Under the pieces are notes generated by a model. The model had not been told where the DNA came from. It saw only the letters and a program-made list of their open reading frames with translations, and did not search any database. From Pirellula staleyi DSM 6068 (GTDB taxonomy: Bacteria > Planctomycetota > Planctomycetia > Pirellulales > Pirellulaceae), in NCBI GenBank assembly GCA_000025185.1, contig CP001848.1, forward strand, positions 6,060,001 through 6,092,000: a stretch of DNA of 32,000 nt, read 5' to 3'. This document shows, piece by piece, positions 17,091-25,652 of this stretch. The position numbers and the translations under genes are program-made. Position 1 is the first letter of the stretch. Each line of letters starts with the position of its first letter.

Positions 17091-17756
17091 CTACCGACAT
17101 TGGGTGATGCGTAGCAGATAGAACTGATGCTCCGCAGGATTGGTGAGGGGTTGGGAGTGGCGATTGACGTAGGCGACTTCGAGGCCACAGGCACGGGCTT
17201 TCTCGGTGAAGCCGAGCGAAGTGATACGGCCAGGGTCGGCGATCCAGCAAACACCATCCGGTGCGAGCATTTGGCGAATGGTTTGGGCCAAGATGCTGTG
17301 GAGCGAGGGATCGTAAAGAATCTCGCACCCGAGAAGGAGTGGAAAGGTTTCTGCTGGAGGCTTGTTCCAGTCGATTACCAGGGTGCGCGGAGCGGGAAAA
17401 CCACTGTCGATGGCACTGGTGGCGGCGAGTTCGAGCGCTAGCGGCTGATAGTCGGAAAGTGTGACATCGAGCCCTGCTGCCATGGCGGCAATGCCGACCA
17501 GTCCGAGACCACTCCCCAGTTCGAGCATGCGTGTTTGAGGCGCAAAGTTTTGCTCGAAAACCCAAGCCGACATCGTGCGGGCACTCGGCCAGATCTGAGC
17601 CCAGAAAGGATCGTACGCAGGCTGCTGATCGGCTGGTAGCGAAGCGACCTGATCGAGCACCGCAGCGGGGTCGGCTGGTACCGTGATGCGAAGGGTGCGA
17701 CCAGCAATTTCGAGGGAAAGCTGCCGGAGTCCTCCCGGCACATCAAGCACGTCCAT
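17091..17756 (-). CDS. Class I SAM-dependent methyltransferase (Methyltransf_16 / protein-lysine-MTase-like)
   Basis: FWAQIWPSARTMSAWV...RMLELGSGLGLVGIAAMAAGLDVTLSDY (motif I E-x-G-x-G-x-G with an acidic residue at the end of beta2), and ...LLGCEILYD (motif post-II). Confidence 0.72.
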   Translation of the reverse strand: MDVLDVPGGLRQLSLEIAGRTLRITVPADPAAVLDQVASLPADQQPAYDPFWAQIWPSARTMSAWVFEQNFAPQTRMLELGSGLGLVGIAAMAAGLDVTLSDYQPLALELAATSAIDSGFPAPRTLVIDWNKPPAETFPLLLGCEILYDPSLHSILAQTIRQMLAPDGVCWIADPGRITSLGFTEKARACGLEVAYVNRHSQPLTNPAEHQFYLLRITQCR

Positions 17757-17829
17757 GCCATGGTTCTCGAAAGCGAAAATTGAAATGCGGTGCGCTAATA
17801 AATGGGAGAGTTAAACGACGCGAAATAAT

Positions 17830-18579
17830 CTAGCGGCGAGCGAGCCAATCGGAACAGCCGAACTTGCTGGCGGCAATCGATTCGGCACCACTTTTTTCAG
17901 CAGCTGTGATTTCGCCTGGCACCAATTCGACTTTTAAGTATTCGGTTAGTCGTGGGAGCCAGCGAGCGATCAATTCCTCGGAAGTAATCTGCTGCGAATG
18001 GGTTGTGCCCGTATTTCGTGCGAGTTCGGCGATGCCAGGAAGTTCAGGAGCGAACTCTGAACGAGCAAGCAAAATGCTACCGTGCTGCAGCACCGCCCCA
18101 CGGTTGCGGCGCTGAGCGCTTCCCACGATTTTTTTGCGATCAAGGATCACATCGCCACTTGCGCGGCGCTCGAAACACAAAAACGGCTGGGGATGCGAAT
18201 CGTCAGGAATCAGGCACTTTTCGGCCGAGATTTGCCACTCGGCGAGCGTGTCGACGAGCGTATCGTGAGCCGCATCATAGAGATGCGTCGCGTAGGTCGA
18301 AAAGCGGTTACGCACGGGGACCGCGATGCTGTAAGTGAGTTCGCGGTCGTGCAAGATGGCTCCCCCGCCACTAGCCCGACGAACGATCGCGCAGTGGCGT
18401 GAAGCGGTGTGCATGTCGCGCTCAGCGAGCGACTGAAAATAGCCGAGCGACAGTGTCGGCTCGCTCCATTGGTAGAGCCGAACCGTAGCCACCCCTTCAG
18501 CCGCCGACACAAGCAATTGCTCGTCAAGCGACATGTTCCAACGGCCCGACTGCGGTGGATCGATGAGGAGGCGGAACAT
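17830..18579 (-). CDS. Lipoate-protein ligase / octanoyltransferase family protein (BPL/LPL catalytic domain only, LplA/LipM-like)
   Basis: WNMSLDEQLL...VRLYQWSEPTLSLGYFQ, RRASGGGAILHDRELTYS and the catalytic-lysine block RKKIVGSAQRR. 249 aa with no LplA C-terminal domain. It sits immediately downstream of the gcv genes. Confidence 0.85.
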   Translation of the reverse strand: MFRLLIDPPQSGRWNMSLDEQLLVSAAEGVATVRLYQWSEPTLSLGYFQSLAERDMHTASRHCAIVRRASGGGAILHDRELTYSIAVPVRNRFSTYATHLYDAAHDTLVDTLAEWQISAEKCLIPDDSHPQPFLCFERRASGDVILDRKKIVGSAQRRNRGAVLQHGSILLARSEFAPELPGIAELARNTGTTHSQQITSEELIARWLPRLTEYLKVELVPGEITAAEKSGAESIAASKFGCSDWLARR

Positions 18580-18645
18580 GGGGAGAAAGAGAAGGGGCTA
18601 GGAACGAAGAACTAAAGACTAGCGAGAGAGCAACTTGGTATGTTA

Positions 18646-18707
18646 GCCATACTCCTTAGTGCTGGGTGCCATGCTCATCCTGCTTCGCGATACTAGTATG
18701 GCACCCA
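18646..18707 (-). other. Mutually exclusive stem-loops in the gcvPB-lipoate ligase intergenic region
   Basis: AGTATGGCACCCA (18695-18707) can pair either with TGGGTGCCAT (18663-18672, 10 bp) or with GCCATACT (18646-18653, 8 bp). It also contains the perfect 10-bp palindrome ATACTAGTAT (18690-18699). There is no U-tract. Confidence 0.3.
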
Positions 18708-18755
18708 TTACGAGAAACAAATCACTACCAATCTGGTGTTGCTCACCCCAGCAAT

Positions 18756-20222
18756 TTACTTGGCAGCGGGCTCGAGTTTCCACTGCATTTGCGGCGAGCG
18801 AGCGGCTTGCACTTCGTTCGGGCGGCTCACCAAAGTGGTGTGCGGCGCTTCGTGCAGCAGATCGGCTGGCTCTTCCGTAATGCGGAACAGCACCTCTGCA
18901 AAATAGTCGAGCGTCTCTTTGCTTTCGCTTTCGGTCGGCTCGATCATCATCGCTTCAGGCACCACCAGCGGAAAGTAAACCGTGGGGGCATGCATGCCAT
19001 AGTCGAGCAGACGTTTGGCAATATCCATCGCGGAAATACCGGTCTTCTTTTTCAGATCGGCTGCTGAAGCAACGAACTCGTGCATGCAGCGATCTCCCTG
19101 CGGAACCGGGAAGATGTGCTTGATCTTGCTGAGCAAGTAGTTGGCGTTGAGGACTGCATTTTCCGAAGCCGATTTCAGACCATCGGGGCCATGCGTGCGG
19201 ATGTACGAGTAAGCACGCACCAGCACGCCGACGTTTCCGAAGAAGCTGCGGACGCGGCCAATCGAGCGAGGATTGTCGTAGACCAGCGTGTATTTGCCAT
19301 CGACCTTCTCGACCGTCGGGACAGGCAAGAACGGGCGGAGCTTTTCCGCCACGCAGATCGGACCAGCGCCAGGGCCACCACCACCGTGAGGACCGCTGAA
19401 GGTCTTGTGGGGGTTGTAGTGCATCATGTCGGCGCCGAAATCACCGGGACGCGTGATGCCGAGAATGGCGTTCATATTCGCGCCGTCGAGGTAGATCAGA
19501 CCACCACGTTCGTGCACCAGACGTGCAATTTCAGGAACCTGGGAATCGAACATGCCCAGCGTGTTCGGGTTGGTGATCATGAACACGGCAATCTCGTCGT
19601 CGAGCTTGCTCTTCAGATCTTCCATATCGACATAGCCACTGGCGTTGCTCTTCACCGTCACCGACTCAAAGCCGGCCATTTTGGCGCTCGCCGGATTGGT
19701 GCCGTGGGCACTATCGGGGGCGAGAACCTTGGTGCGGTTCATCTTGTTTTCACGGAAATAGGCGGCAGCAACCATCAAAGCGGTGAGTTCGCCGTGAGCG
19801 CCCGCAGCTGGCTGGAGCGAAACAGCGGGGAGCCCCGAAATCTCGCCGAACATGTGCTGCAGTTCGTGCAGCAGTTCGAGGTAGCCCTGAATGGTCTCTT
19901 CGCTCTGGTGCGGATGAACATCGGCAAAGCCAGGGAGCGAGGCAAAACGCTCATTGCGCTTCGGGTTGTGCTTCATCGTGCAACTGCCGAGCGGATAGAA
20001 GTGCGTATCGACACTCATGTTGAGGGTCGACAAGTTGGTGAAGTGACGAATCACTTCAGGCTCGGCTACTTCGGGAAGTGGTGGCGGAGTTGTGGCCAGC
20101 TGAGCGGCGGGAAGCCACTCACGCGCGGGTGCAACAGGAACATCAGCGGCGGGAAAACGGGCCGCGCGACGCCCCTTCTTCGAGAGATCGAAAATCAGTT
20201 GAGTTGATTTAGTGTTACGCAT
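18756..20222 (-). CDS. gcvPB: Glycine dehydrogenase (aminomethyl-transferring) subunit 2
   Basis: LIFDLSKKGRRAARFP..., SCTMKHNPK, and the PLP-lysine region HYNPHKTFSGPHGGGGPGAGP. 488 aa, the typical GcvPB length. Confidence 0.97.
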   Translation of the reverse strand: MRNTKSTQLIFDLSKKGRRAARFPAADVPVAPAREWLPAAQLATTPPPLPEVAEPEVIRHFTNLSTLNMSVDTHFYPLGSCTMKHNPKRNERFASLPGFADVHPHQSEETIQGYLELLHELQHMFGEISGLPAVSLQPAAGAHGELTALMVAAAYFRENKMNRTKVLAPDSAHGTNPASAKMAGFESVTVKSNASGYVDMEDLKSKLDDEIAVFMITNPNTLGMFDSQVPEIARLVHERGGLIYLDGANMNAILGITRPGDFGADMMHYNPHKTFSGPHGGGGPGAGPICVAEKLRPFLPVPTVEKVDGKYTLVYDNPRSIGRVRSFFGNVGVLVRAYSYIRTHGPDGLKSASENAVLNANYLLSKIKHIFPVPQGDRCMHEFVASAADLKKKTGISAMDIAKRLLDYGMHAPTVYFPLVVPEAMMIEPTESESKETLDYFAEVLFRITEEPADLLHEAPHTTLVSRPNEVQAARSPQMQWKLEPAAK

Positions 20223-20273
20223 CGGAGTCTTCGCGAATGGGTGTTTTGTGAATTAGTGATGGTCGCGATCGGC

Positions 20274-21668
20274 TTAGCGCGGAGCGCCGACCAGCGAAGT
20301 GTGTGCGTGAGGAACAATCGACGAGCCAGTGCCACCCTTCAAAGCGGCTGCCAGGGCATCGATTTCCGCACGAGTTCGTTTTTCCGTCACGGCAACGAGC
20401 ATGCAATCGTCGAGTTCGGGATACCACTTTCCGAGTGGCAAGCCAGCGAGAATGCCAGCGTCGGAGGCTGCTGCAATCAACTCGCTGACGTGACCGTCGC
20501 GATCGCGGACCACGAATTCCTTGAAGACCGGAGCGCTGAAGGCTGCCGAGAGGCGCGAGCCGCTGAAAATTTGCTGACGGGCGTACTCGGTTTTACGGGC
20601 ACAAAGATCAGCCACTTCAGCGAGCCCTTGCGGACCAACTTCGGTGAGGTAGATCGCTGCACGCAGGGCGAACAAACCTTGGTTTGTGCAGATGTTGCTG
20701 GTTGCTTTTTCGCGGCGGATATGCTGCTCGCGCGTTTGCAGCGTCAGCACCCAGCAGCGGCGTCCACGACGGTCGGTCGTCTGACCGGCGATACGACCTG
20801 GCATGCGACGGACAAACGATTCTTTGCAAGCCATGATCCCCAGATAAGGACCACCGTAGAGGAGCGGCGTGCCGAGCGATTGTCCTTCGGCAACCACCAC
20901 GTCGGCACCCATGTCGCCCGGACGCTTCAGAATGCCGAGGCTAATCGGATCGAACGATTGAACGAGGAGTGCACCGGTAGCATGGGCTACATCGGCGAGG
21001 GCTGGGACATCTTCGAGACAGCCGAAGAAATTCGGATGCTGTACGAGGACACAAGCGGTTTCGCTGTCGACCACCGCAGCCACTTCCGATGGAGTCGCTA
21101 CGCCGTTGGGCGTTGGGACCGTGATGAGCGTGGCGCCGATGCAGGTGAAATAGGTCTCGAGAATCTGGCGATATTCGGGATTCACGCTGCCGACCACGAC
21201 CACTTTGCTGCGGCCGGTGACACTCATGGCCAGGAGCACTGCTTCAGCGGCGGCGCTGCCACCGTCGTAGAGGCTGGCATTCGAAACGTCCATGCCGGTC
21301 AGCTGGCAAATGAGTGTTTGATACTCAAACATCACCTGCAAATTGCCCTGGCTCACTTCCGGCTGATAAGGGGTGTAGGAAGTGTAGAACTCGCCGCGTG
21401 AAGCGAGGGCATCGACTACAGCAGGGACAAAGTGATCGTAGGCGCCACCACCCAGGAAGCAGGTTTTCTGTCCCACGTTCACGTTCTTGGCCGCGAGTGC
21501 CATCATGTGCTGGGTGAGTTCGAGCTCGCCCATGGCCGGTGGGAGATCGAGAAGCGATTTGCGCCGCAGTTCCGCGGGTACACAGTCGAACAATTGATCG
21601 ATCGAAGCGGCGCCAATGGCCTCAAGCATTGCCTGCTGGTCTTCAGGCGTGTTGTACAAATACGGCAT
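20274..21668 (-). CDS. gcvPA: Glycine dehydrogenase (aminomethyl-transferring) subunit 1
   Basis: MPYLYNTPEDQQAMLEAIG..., FLGGGAYDHFVPAVVD, YTSYTPYQPEVSQGNLQ and REQHIRREKATSNICTNQ. I place the start at ATG 21668 (MPYLYN), which gives 464 aa. The ORF-track start at 21782 adds 38 non-conserved residues. Confidence 0.93.
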   Translation of the reverse strand: MPYLYNTPEDQQAMLEAIGAASIDQLFDCVPAELRRKSLLDLPPAMGELELTQHMMALAAKNVNVGQKTCFLGGGAYDHFVPAVVDALASRGEFYTSYTPYQPEVSQGNLQVMFEYQTLICQLTGMDVSNASLYDGGSAAAEAVLLAMSVTGRSKVVVVGSVNPEYRQILETYFTCIGATLITVPTPNGVATPSEVAAVVDSETACVLVQHPNFFGCLEDVPALADVAHATGALLVQSFDPISLGILKRPGDMGADVVVAEGQSLGTPLLYGGPYLGIMACKESFVRRMPGRIAGQTTDRRGRRCWVLTLQTREQHIRREKATSNICTNQGLFALRAAIYLTEVGPQGLAEVADLCARKTEYARQQIFSGSRLSAAFSAPVFKEFVVRDRDGHVSELIAAASDAGILAGLPLGKWYPELDDCMLVAVTEKRTRAEIDALAAALKGGTGSSIVPHAHTSLVGAPR

Positions 21669-21813
21669 GGAACGAGCACCCAGCGGTGTGTAAGTGAAGG
21701 GACAGAGTTTTTCAAAGAGCGAGTGTTGCGCGAGTGGTAAGCCAGCGCTCATGGAGCAAGAACCGCAGTTCGAGCTCACCAATTCACAATTCTAGGCGAG
21801 CACTTTCGGCGGA

Positions 21814-21832
21814 CTAGTCTCGTGGAGACTAG
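21814..21832 (-). other. 8-bp stem / 3-nt loop hairpin overlapping the gcvH stop codon
   Basis: ctagtctc-gtg-gagactag, read directly and flanked by a TTCGGC direct repeat. It lies in the 160-nt gcvH-gcvPA spacer. Confidence 0.3.
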
Positions 21833-22224
21833 CCTTCGGCAGCGCACTGTTTTTCGTAGGCTGCAAGATCCATCAGTTTGCCAGCAGGAACAGCACCCGA
21901 AAGTGCCACCTTGATCATCCAGCCGGCGGTGTAGGGATCGGTGCTGAGGGTCTCGAGCTTTCCGACGAGGGGAGCGTTGACTTCAATCACTTCGCCATCG
22001 ACCGGGCTATACAGGCTGCTGACAGCCTTGACCGATTCCACTTCGCCGAACTCTTTGCCAGCCGATACTTTTGCGCCGACTTTAGGGAGCACCATGTGCA
22101 CCAAGTCGGTGAGTTGATGCACGGCAAAGGCGGTGATGCCAATGGTGCCAACTTTGCGTCCGTCGACATCGGCTACATGCACCCACTCGTGCGATTCGGC
22201 GTACAGCAATTCCTCAGGTTTCAT
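21829..22224 (-). CDS. gcvH: Glycine cleavage system H protein (lipoyl carrier)
   Basis: YAESHEWV..., and the lipoyl-lysine motif GEVESVKAVSSLYSPVDGEVIEVN. 131 aa. Confidence 0.97.
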   Translation of the reverse strand: MKPEELLYAESHEWVHVADVDGRKVGTIGITAFAVHQLTDLVHMVLPKVGAKVSAGKEFGEVESVKAVSSLYSPVDGEVIEVNAPLVGKLETLSTDPYTAGWMIKVALSGAVPAGKLMDLAAYEKQCAAEG

Positions 22225-22319
22225 ACCAGCCTCGAGATTAAACGAAGAGAGTCAGTTGCAGTGAAATCTTATGCCTGTCGTCTGCCCAGATCTTCCGGCC
22301 GACGAGCTTGAACAAGCCA

Positions 22320-23453
22320 TTACGAAGTTTTGGGCCGTTTGTAAAACGGAAGGGAAACAACGCGAGCCGTTTCCATAGTGCCGCGAATATCGACGGCCAG
22401 TTCGGTTCCGACAGCGGCCAGTTGTGGCTCAACGTAAGCCATGGCGATTGCTTTTTGAACCGTGGGTGCAAAAGCGCCGCTGGTGACTTCCCCTACTCGC
22501 TTGTCGCCGGAGTAGACCGCATAGTGCTCGCGGGCAGCGCGACGGCCAGCCAGTTCGAGACCGACACGGACAGGTCGCTCTTTGTCGGCGCGACGATTCA
22601 GAATCGCTTGACGCCCCAGAAACTCGCGACCTTCGAGGGTCACTGCGAAATCGAGCCCCGCCTGCAGCGGATCGAGCGATTCAGAGAGTTCGTGGCCATA
22701 AAGGGGCATCGCGGCTTCAAGACGCAGCGTATCGCGTGCGCCAAGTCCGGCCGGCGCGGCACCGACACTCACCCCATGCTCGAGGCATTTGTCGCAGAAA
22801 TCTTTCGCTGCCTCAGCTGGCAGGATCACTTCGCAGCCATCTTCACCCGTGTAACCCGTGCGGCTGACAATGCCTGGCTTGCCGCAGATGGTGGTTTCTG
22901 TGCCGGTGTAGTACGAGAGTCCGCCGACATCCACACCCACCAGCGGTTCGACCACAGCCAAAGCCTTAGGACCTTGCACGGCGATCATCGCGGTTTCGAG
23001 AGTTCGGTCGTCGAGCGTCACGTCGCCGGAGGCTGGAAGATGTGCCTGGAAATGGCTCACAATCTTGTCGCGGTTGCTCGCATTCACCACGACGAGGGCA
23101 TAGAGTCCGCCCCCATGCTGCTGCAAATGGTAGACGAGAATATCGTCGAGAATTCCGCCTGCTTCGTTGCAAACGAGGCCGTAGCGAATCTTTCCAGGAC
23201 CCATGCCAGCCACTTTACGAGTGACAAGCGAATCGAGGTATGCGAGAGCGCCTGGTCCTTCGACACGAAGTCGACCCATGTGCGAGACATCGAAGAGACC
23301 GGCCTTGTTGCGGACGGTGTTATGCTCTTCGACGATCGAGCCGTATTGAACCGGCATACTCCAGCCGGCGAAATCCACCATGCGACCACCGCGGGCAACG
23401 TGCCAATCGTGAAGCGGCGTTTGACGAAGCGACGCGGTCATCGAGCTTTCCAT
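22320..23453 (-). CDS. gcvT: Glycine cleavage system aminomethyltransferase T
   Basis: LRQTPLHDWHVARGGRMVDFAGWSMPVQYGSIVEEH..VRNKAGLFDVSHMG. The start is taken at ATG 23453 (MESSMTAS...). ATG 23441 is equally possible. The ORF-track start at 23597 adds an implausible N-terminus. Confidence 0.93.
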   Translation of the reverse strand: MESSMTASLRQTPLHDWHVARGGRMVDFAGWSMPVQYGSIVEEHNTVRNKAGLFDVSHMGRLRVEGPGALAYLDSLVTRKVAGMGPGKIRYGLVCNEAGGILDDILVYHLQQHGGGLYALVVVNASNRDKIVSHFQAHLPASGDVTLDDRTLETAMIAVQGPKALAVVEPLVGVDVGGLSYYTGTETTICGKPGIVSRTGYTGEDGCEVILPAEAAKDFCDKCLEHGVSVGAAPAGLGARDTLRLEAAMPLYGHELSESLDPLQAGLDFAVTLEGREFLGRQAILNRRADKERPVRVGLELAGRRAAREHYAVYSGDKRVGEVTSGAFAPTVQKAIAMAYVEPQLAAVGTELAVDIRGTMETARVVSLPFYKRPKTS

Positions 23454-23738
23454 GAAGCGAGGCCCAAGGTTCAAGGAAGGCGGAGAGTCGGACAACCTCG
23501 TGAAGAGAAGTGCGAACGCACGTTCCCCACGGGTGGATGCCGACAACGCTTCCCAAGACGGGCGGTCGCGGTGGTAATAGGATGTTAAAGAGCACAAATC
23601 AGAGAACTTCGTGCATTCTAACGCTCGGGCGGACGCTTGCTAGGGGCAACGGGGGACAGAAATTCGGTCGTCCAGTGATAGGCCAATAAACCTTGTCCGA
23701 GGCTTGACTTCGCCACGAAATCTGCCGACAATCTAAAT

Positions 23739-23778
23739 AGTTTTGACTGCCCAAAACTTGTTTTTCTACAAACAAAAC
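23739..23778. promoter_or_regulatory. Tandem palindromes GTTTTG-N6-CAAAAC and GTTTTT-N7-CAAAAC (candidate metalloregulator operators)
   Basis: Read directly: AGTTTTGactgccCAAAACT (23739-23758, 7-bp arms), then GTTTTTctacaaaCAAAAC (23760-23778). They lie 52-91 bp upstream of the ATG of the metal-binding lipoprotein gene, in an AT-rich patch of the 376-bp divergent region. Confidence 0.3.
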
Positions 23779-23829
23779 CACTGCCGCTGCGGCGTTTCTA
23801 CGCCTAGCAACTGAACGTTAGTCATTACT

Positions 23830-24828
23830 ATGATTCGAGTTATGGGAAGTGCGGCTCATCCGCTGGTGTCCTTTGTCTCGCTCGCAATCCTGCTGCTGGC
23901 CCTGACAGCAGGATGTGAGAAATCAGCGAGTTCGTCGATTTCAGCCATACCGCCAGCAGATAGCATCGACTTTACCTTTCGCCGTAAATCGGCCCCTCAG
24001 CCGATCAAAATCGTTTGCACGACCGGCATGGTGGCCGACCTGGTCCGTAACGTCGGCGGCGACGAGGTGGAAGTGACGCAGCTGATGGGAGCTGGCGTCG
24101 ATCCGCATCTCTACAAAGCTTCGCCGGGGGATGTCGCCAAACTCTCGTCGGCCGATATGGTTTTCTTCTCCGGCTGGCATCTCGAGGGGAAGATGTCGGA
24201 GTTTCTCGCGCGGCTATCAGCCTCGCGCCCCAGTGTGGCTGTGGCCGAGGGGATCAAGAGCGAAAAACTTTTGAGCGACGAGCAAGGTCTGCACGATCCC
24301 CATTTGTGGTTCGATGTGCAGCTTTGGTCGCTCGCGGCAGCTCGTGTGAAAGAGGCGCTCGCTCGATTCGATCCCGAGCGCGCCGAGGGGTACGAGCAGC
24401 GACTGGCCGATTATCAAAAGCGACTCGAAGAACTCGACCAATACGCCCGCGAAAAACTTGCGACGATCCCTCCGCAGTATCGTGTAATGGTGACTGCCCA
24501 CGATGCGTTTCGCTACTTCGGCCGGGCCTACGATTTGGAAGTTCGCGGCATTCAAGGACTCTCAACCGACAGTGAAGCGGGAGTGCGGCAGATCAACGAA
24601 CTCGTCGATTTTCTCGTCGCGAGAAAGATCAAAGCCGTGTTTGTCGAATCGAGTGTGTCGGATCAAAATATGCGTTCGCTGCTCGAAGGTTGCGCTGCAC
24701 AGAATCATCCTGTCGTGATAGGTGGCGAACTCTACAGCGACGCGCTCGGTAGCGAAGCAAGTGGCGCATCGACTTATGAGGGGATGGTTCGCCATAATGT
24801 CGACACGATTGTGAAAGCTCTCGAGTAA
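23830..24828 (+). CDS. Metal ABC transporter substrate-binding lipoprotein, cluster A-I (TroA/ZnuA/MntC/YtgA family)
   Basis: Lipobox LALTAGC. IKIVCTTGMVADLVRNVGGD, GVDPHLYKASPGD, LHDPHLWFD, VTAHDAFRYFGRAY, VFVESSVS and ELYSDALG. The putative ligand set is His/His/His/Asp (TroA-like), and there is no His-rich ZnuA loop. Confidence 0.92.
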   Translation: MIRVMGSAAHPLVSFVSLAILLLALTAGCEKSASSSISAIPPADSIDFTFRRKSAPQPIKIVCTTGMVADLVRNVGGDEVEVTQLMGAGVDPHLYKASPGDVAKLSSADMVFFSGWHLEGKMSEFLARLSASRPSVAVAEGIKSEKLLSDEQGLHDPHLWFDVQLWSLAAARVKEALARFDPERAEGYEQRLADYQKRLEELDQYAREKLATIPPQYRVMVTAHDAFRYFGRAYDLEVRGIQGLSTDSEAGVRQINELVDFLVARKIKAVFVESSVSDQNMRSLLEGCAAQNHPVVIGGELYSDALGSEASGASTYEGMVRHNVDTIVKALE

Positions 24829-24875
24829 GCATGTTTCCAGCCAGCCACGTCTCCCCTGCCCGCTAGTTGCTCCCC

Positions 24876-25652
24876 ATGTCACCCGCCAAGCCTCCGGTTC
24901 TCGACATTCACGACGTCACGGTTGCCTATCATCGCAAGCCGGTGCTCTGGAACGTCGACCTTGTGATGCCCGAGCCACAATTGGCGGCAATTGTCGGCCC
25001 TAATGGAGCGGGCAAAAGCACGCTGATCAAAGCAGTGCTGGGACTCGTGCCGATGGCAGGTGGCAATGTGAAAGTGCTGGGTGAAGATGTGTCGCGCGTG
25101 CGTCAGCGCATCGGCTATGTGCCACAGCGAGAAAGTGTCGACTGGGACTTTCCGGTCACCGTGCTCGATGTCGTGCTGATGGGAACCTACGGCCGCTTAG
25201 GATGGCTCCGCCGCCCCGGAAATGCCGAGAAATCGTGGGCTCGCGAGTGCCTGGCTCGCGTGGGGCTGGCAAGTCTCGAGCAGCAGCAAATCGGGCAACT
25301 CTCGGGGGGACAACAGCAGCGAGTGTTTCTCGCACGTGCTCTGGCGCAGCGGGCTGATGTCTACTTTATGGACGAGCCGATGGCAGGGGTCGACGCCGCG
25401 ACCGAGCGCATTATTTTCGAACTCCTGAGTGAACTGCGCCGCGAGGGTCGCACCATCATTGCTGTCCATCACGACCTACGCAGTGTGCCACGCTATTTCG
25501 ATTACGTCGTGCTGCTGAACGTTCGCAAAGTCGCCTCGGGACCGATGAAAGAAACCTTCACCGACGACAACTTACGCAAGACTTATGGTGGCCGACTCGC
25601 GGTGCTCGATGCCGCCGCTGAAGCAATTGAGTCGCACGAGGCGCAGCGGTGA
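24876..25652 (+). CDS. Metal ABC transporter ATP-binding protein
   Basis: Walker [10 protein letters not shown], signature [15 protein letters not shown], Walker [14 protein letters not shown]-loop VHHDL. ATG 24876 is preferred over TTG 24867. The stop TGA overlaps the next start (TGATG). Confidence 0.93.
   Translation: MSPAKPPVLDIHDVTVAYHRKPVLWNVDLVMPEPQLAAIVGPNGAGKSTLIKAVLGLVPMAGGNVKVLGEDVSRVRQRIGYVPQRESVDWDFPVTVLDVVLMGTYGRLGWLRRPGNAEKSWARECLARVGLASLEQQQIGQLSGGQQQRVFLARALAQRADVYFMDEPMAGVDAATERIIFELLSELRREGRTIIAVHHDLRSVPRYFDYVVLLNVRKVASGPMKETFTDDNLRKTYGGRLAVLDAAAEAIESHEAQR

Noticed and set aside
19080-23588. Three long + strand ORFs (19080-20207, 20241-21401, 22308-23588) covering almost the whole gcv operon
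   Set aside because: Each mirrors a strongly conserved gcv gene on the other strand, has no motif content, and has start/stop limits set by the sense gene's codon usage. These are shadow ORFs, not an overlapping antisense operon.
23454-23720. Possible glycine riboswitch in the gcvT leader
   Set aside because: I reverse-complemented the leader and looked for the conserved cores (GGAGAG, CCGAAGG(G/A)GCAA, CUCAGGCAAAAGGAC). None is present in the correct order or orientation. GGGGCAAC and GGACAG occur only on the wrong strand. A cmsearch with RF00504 would settle it.
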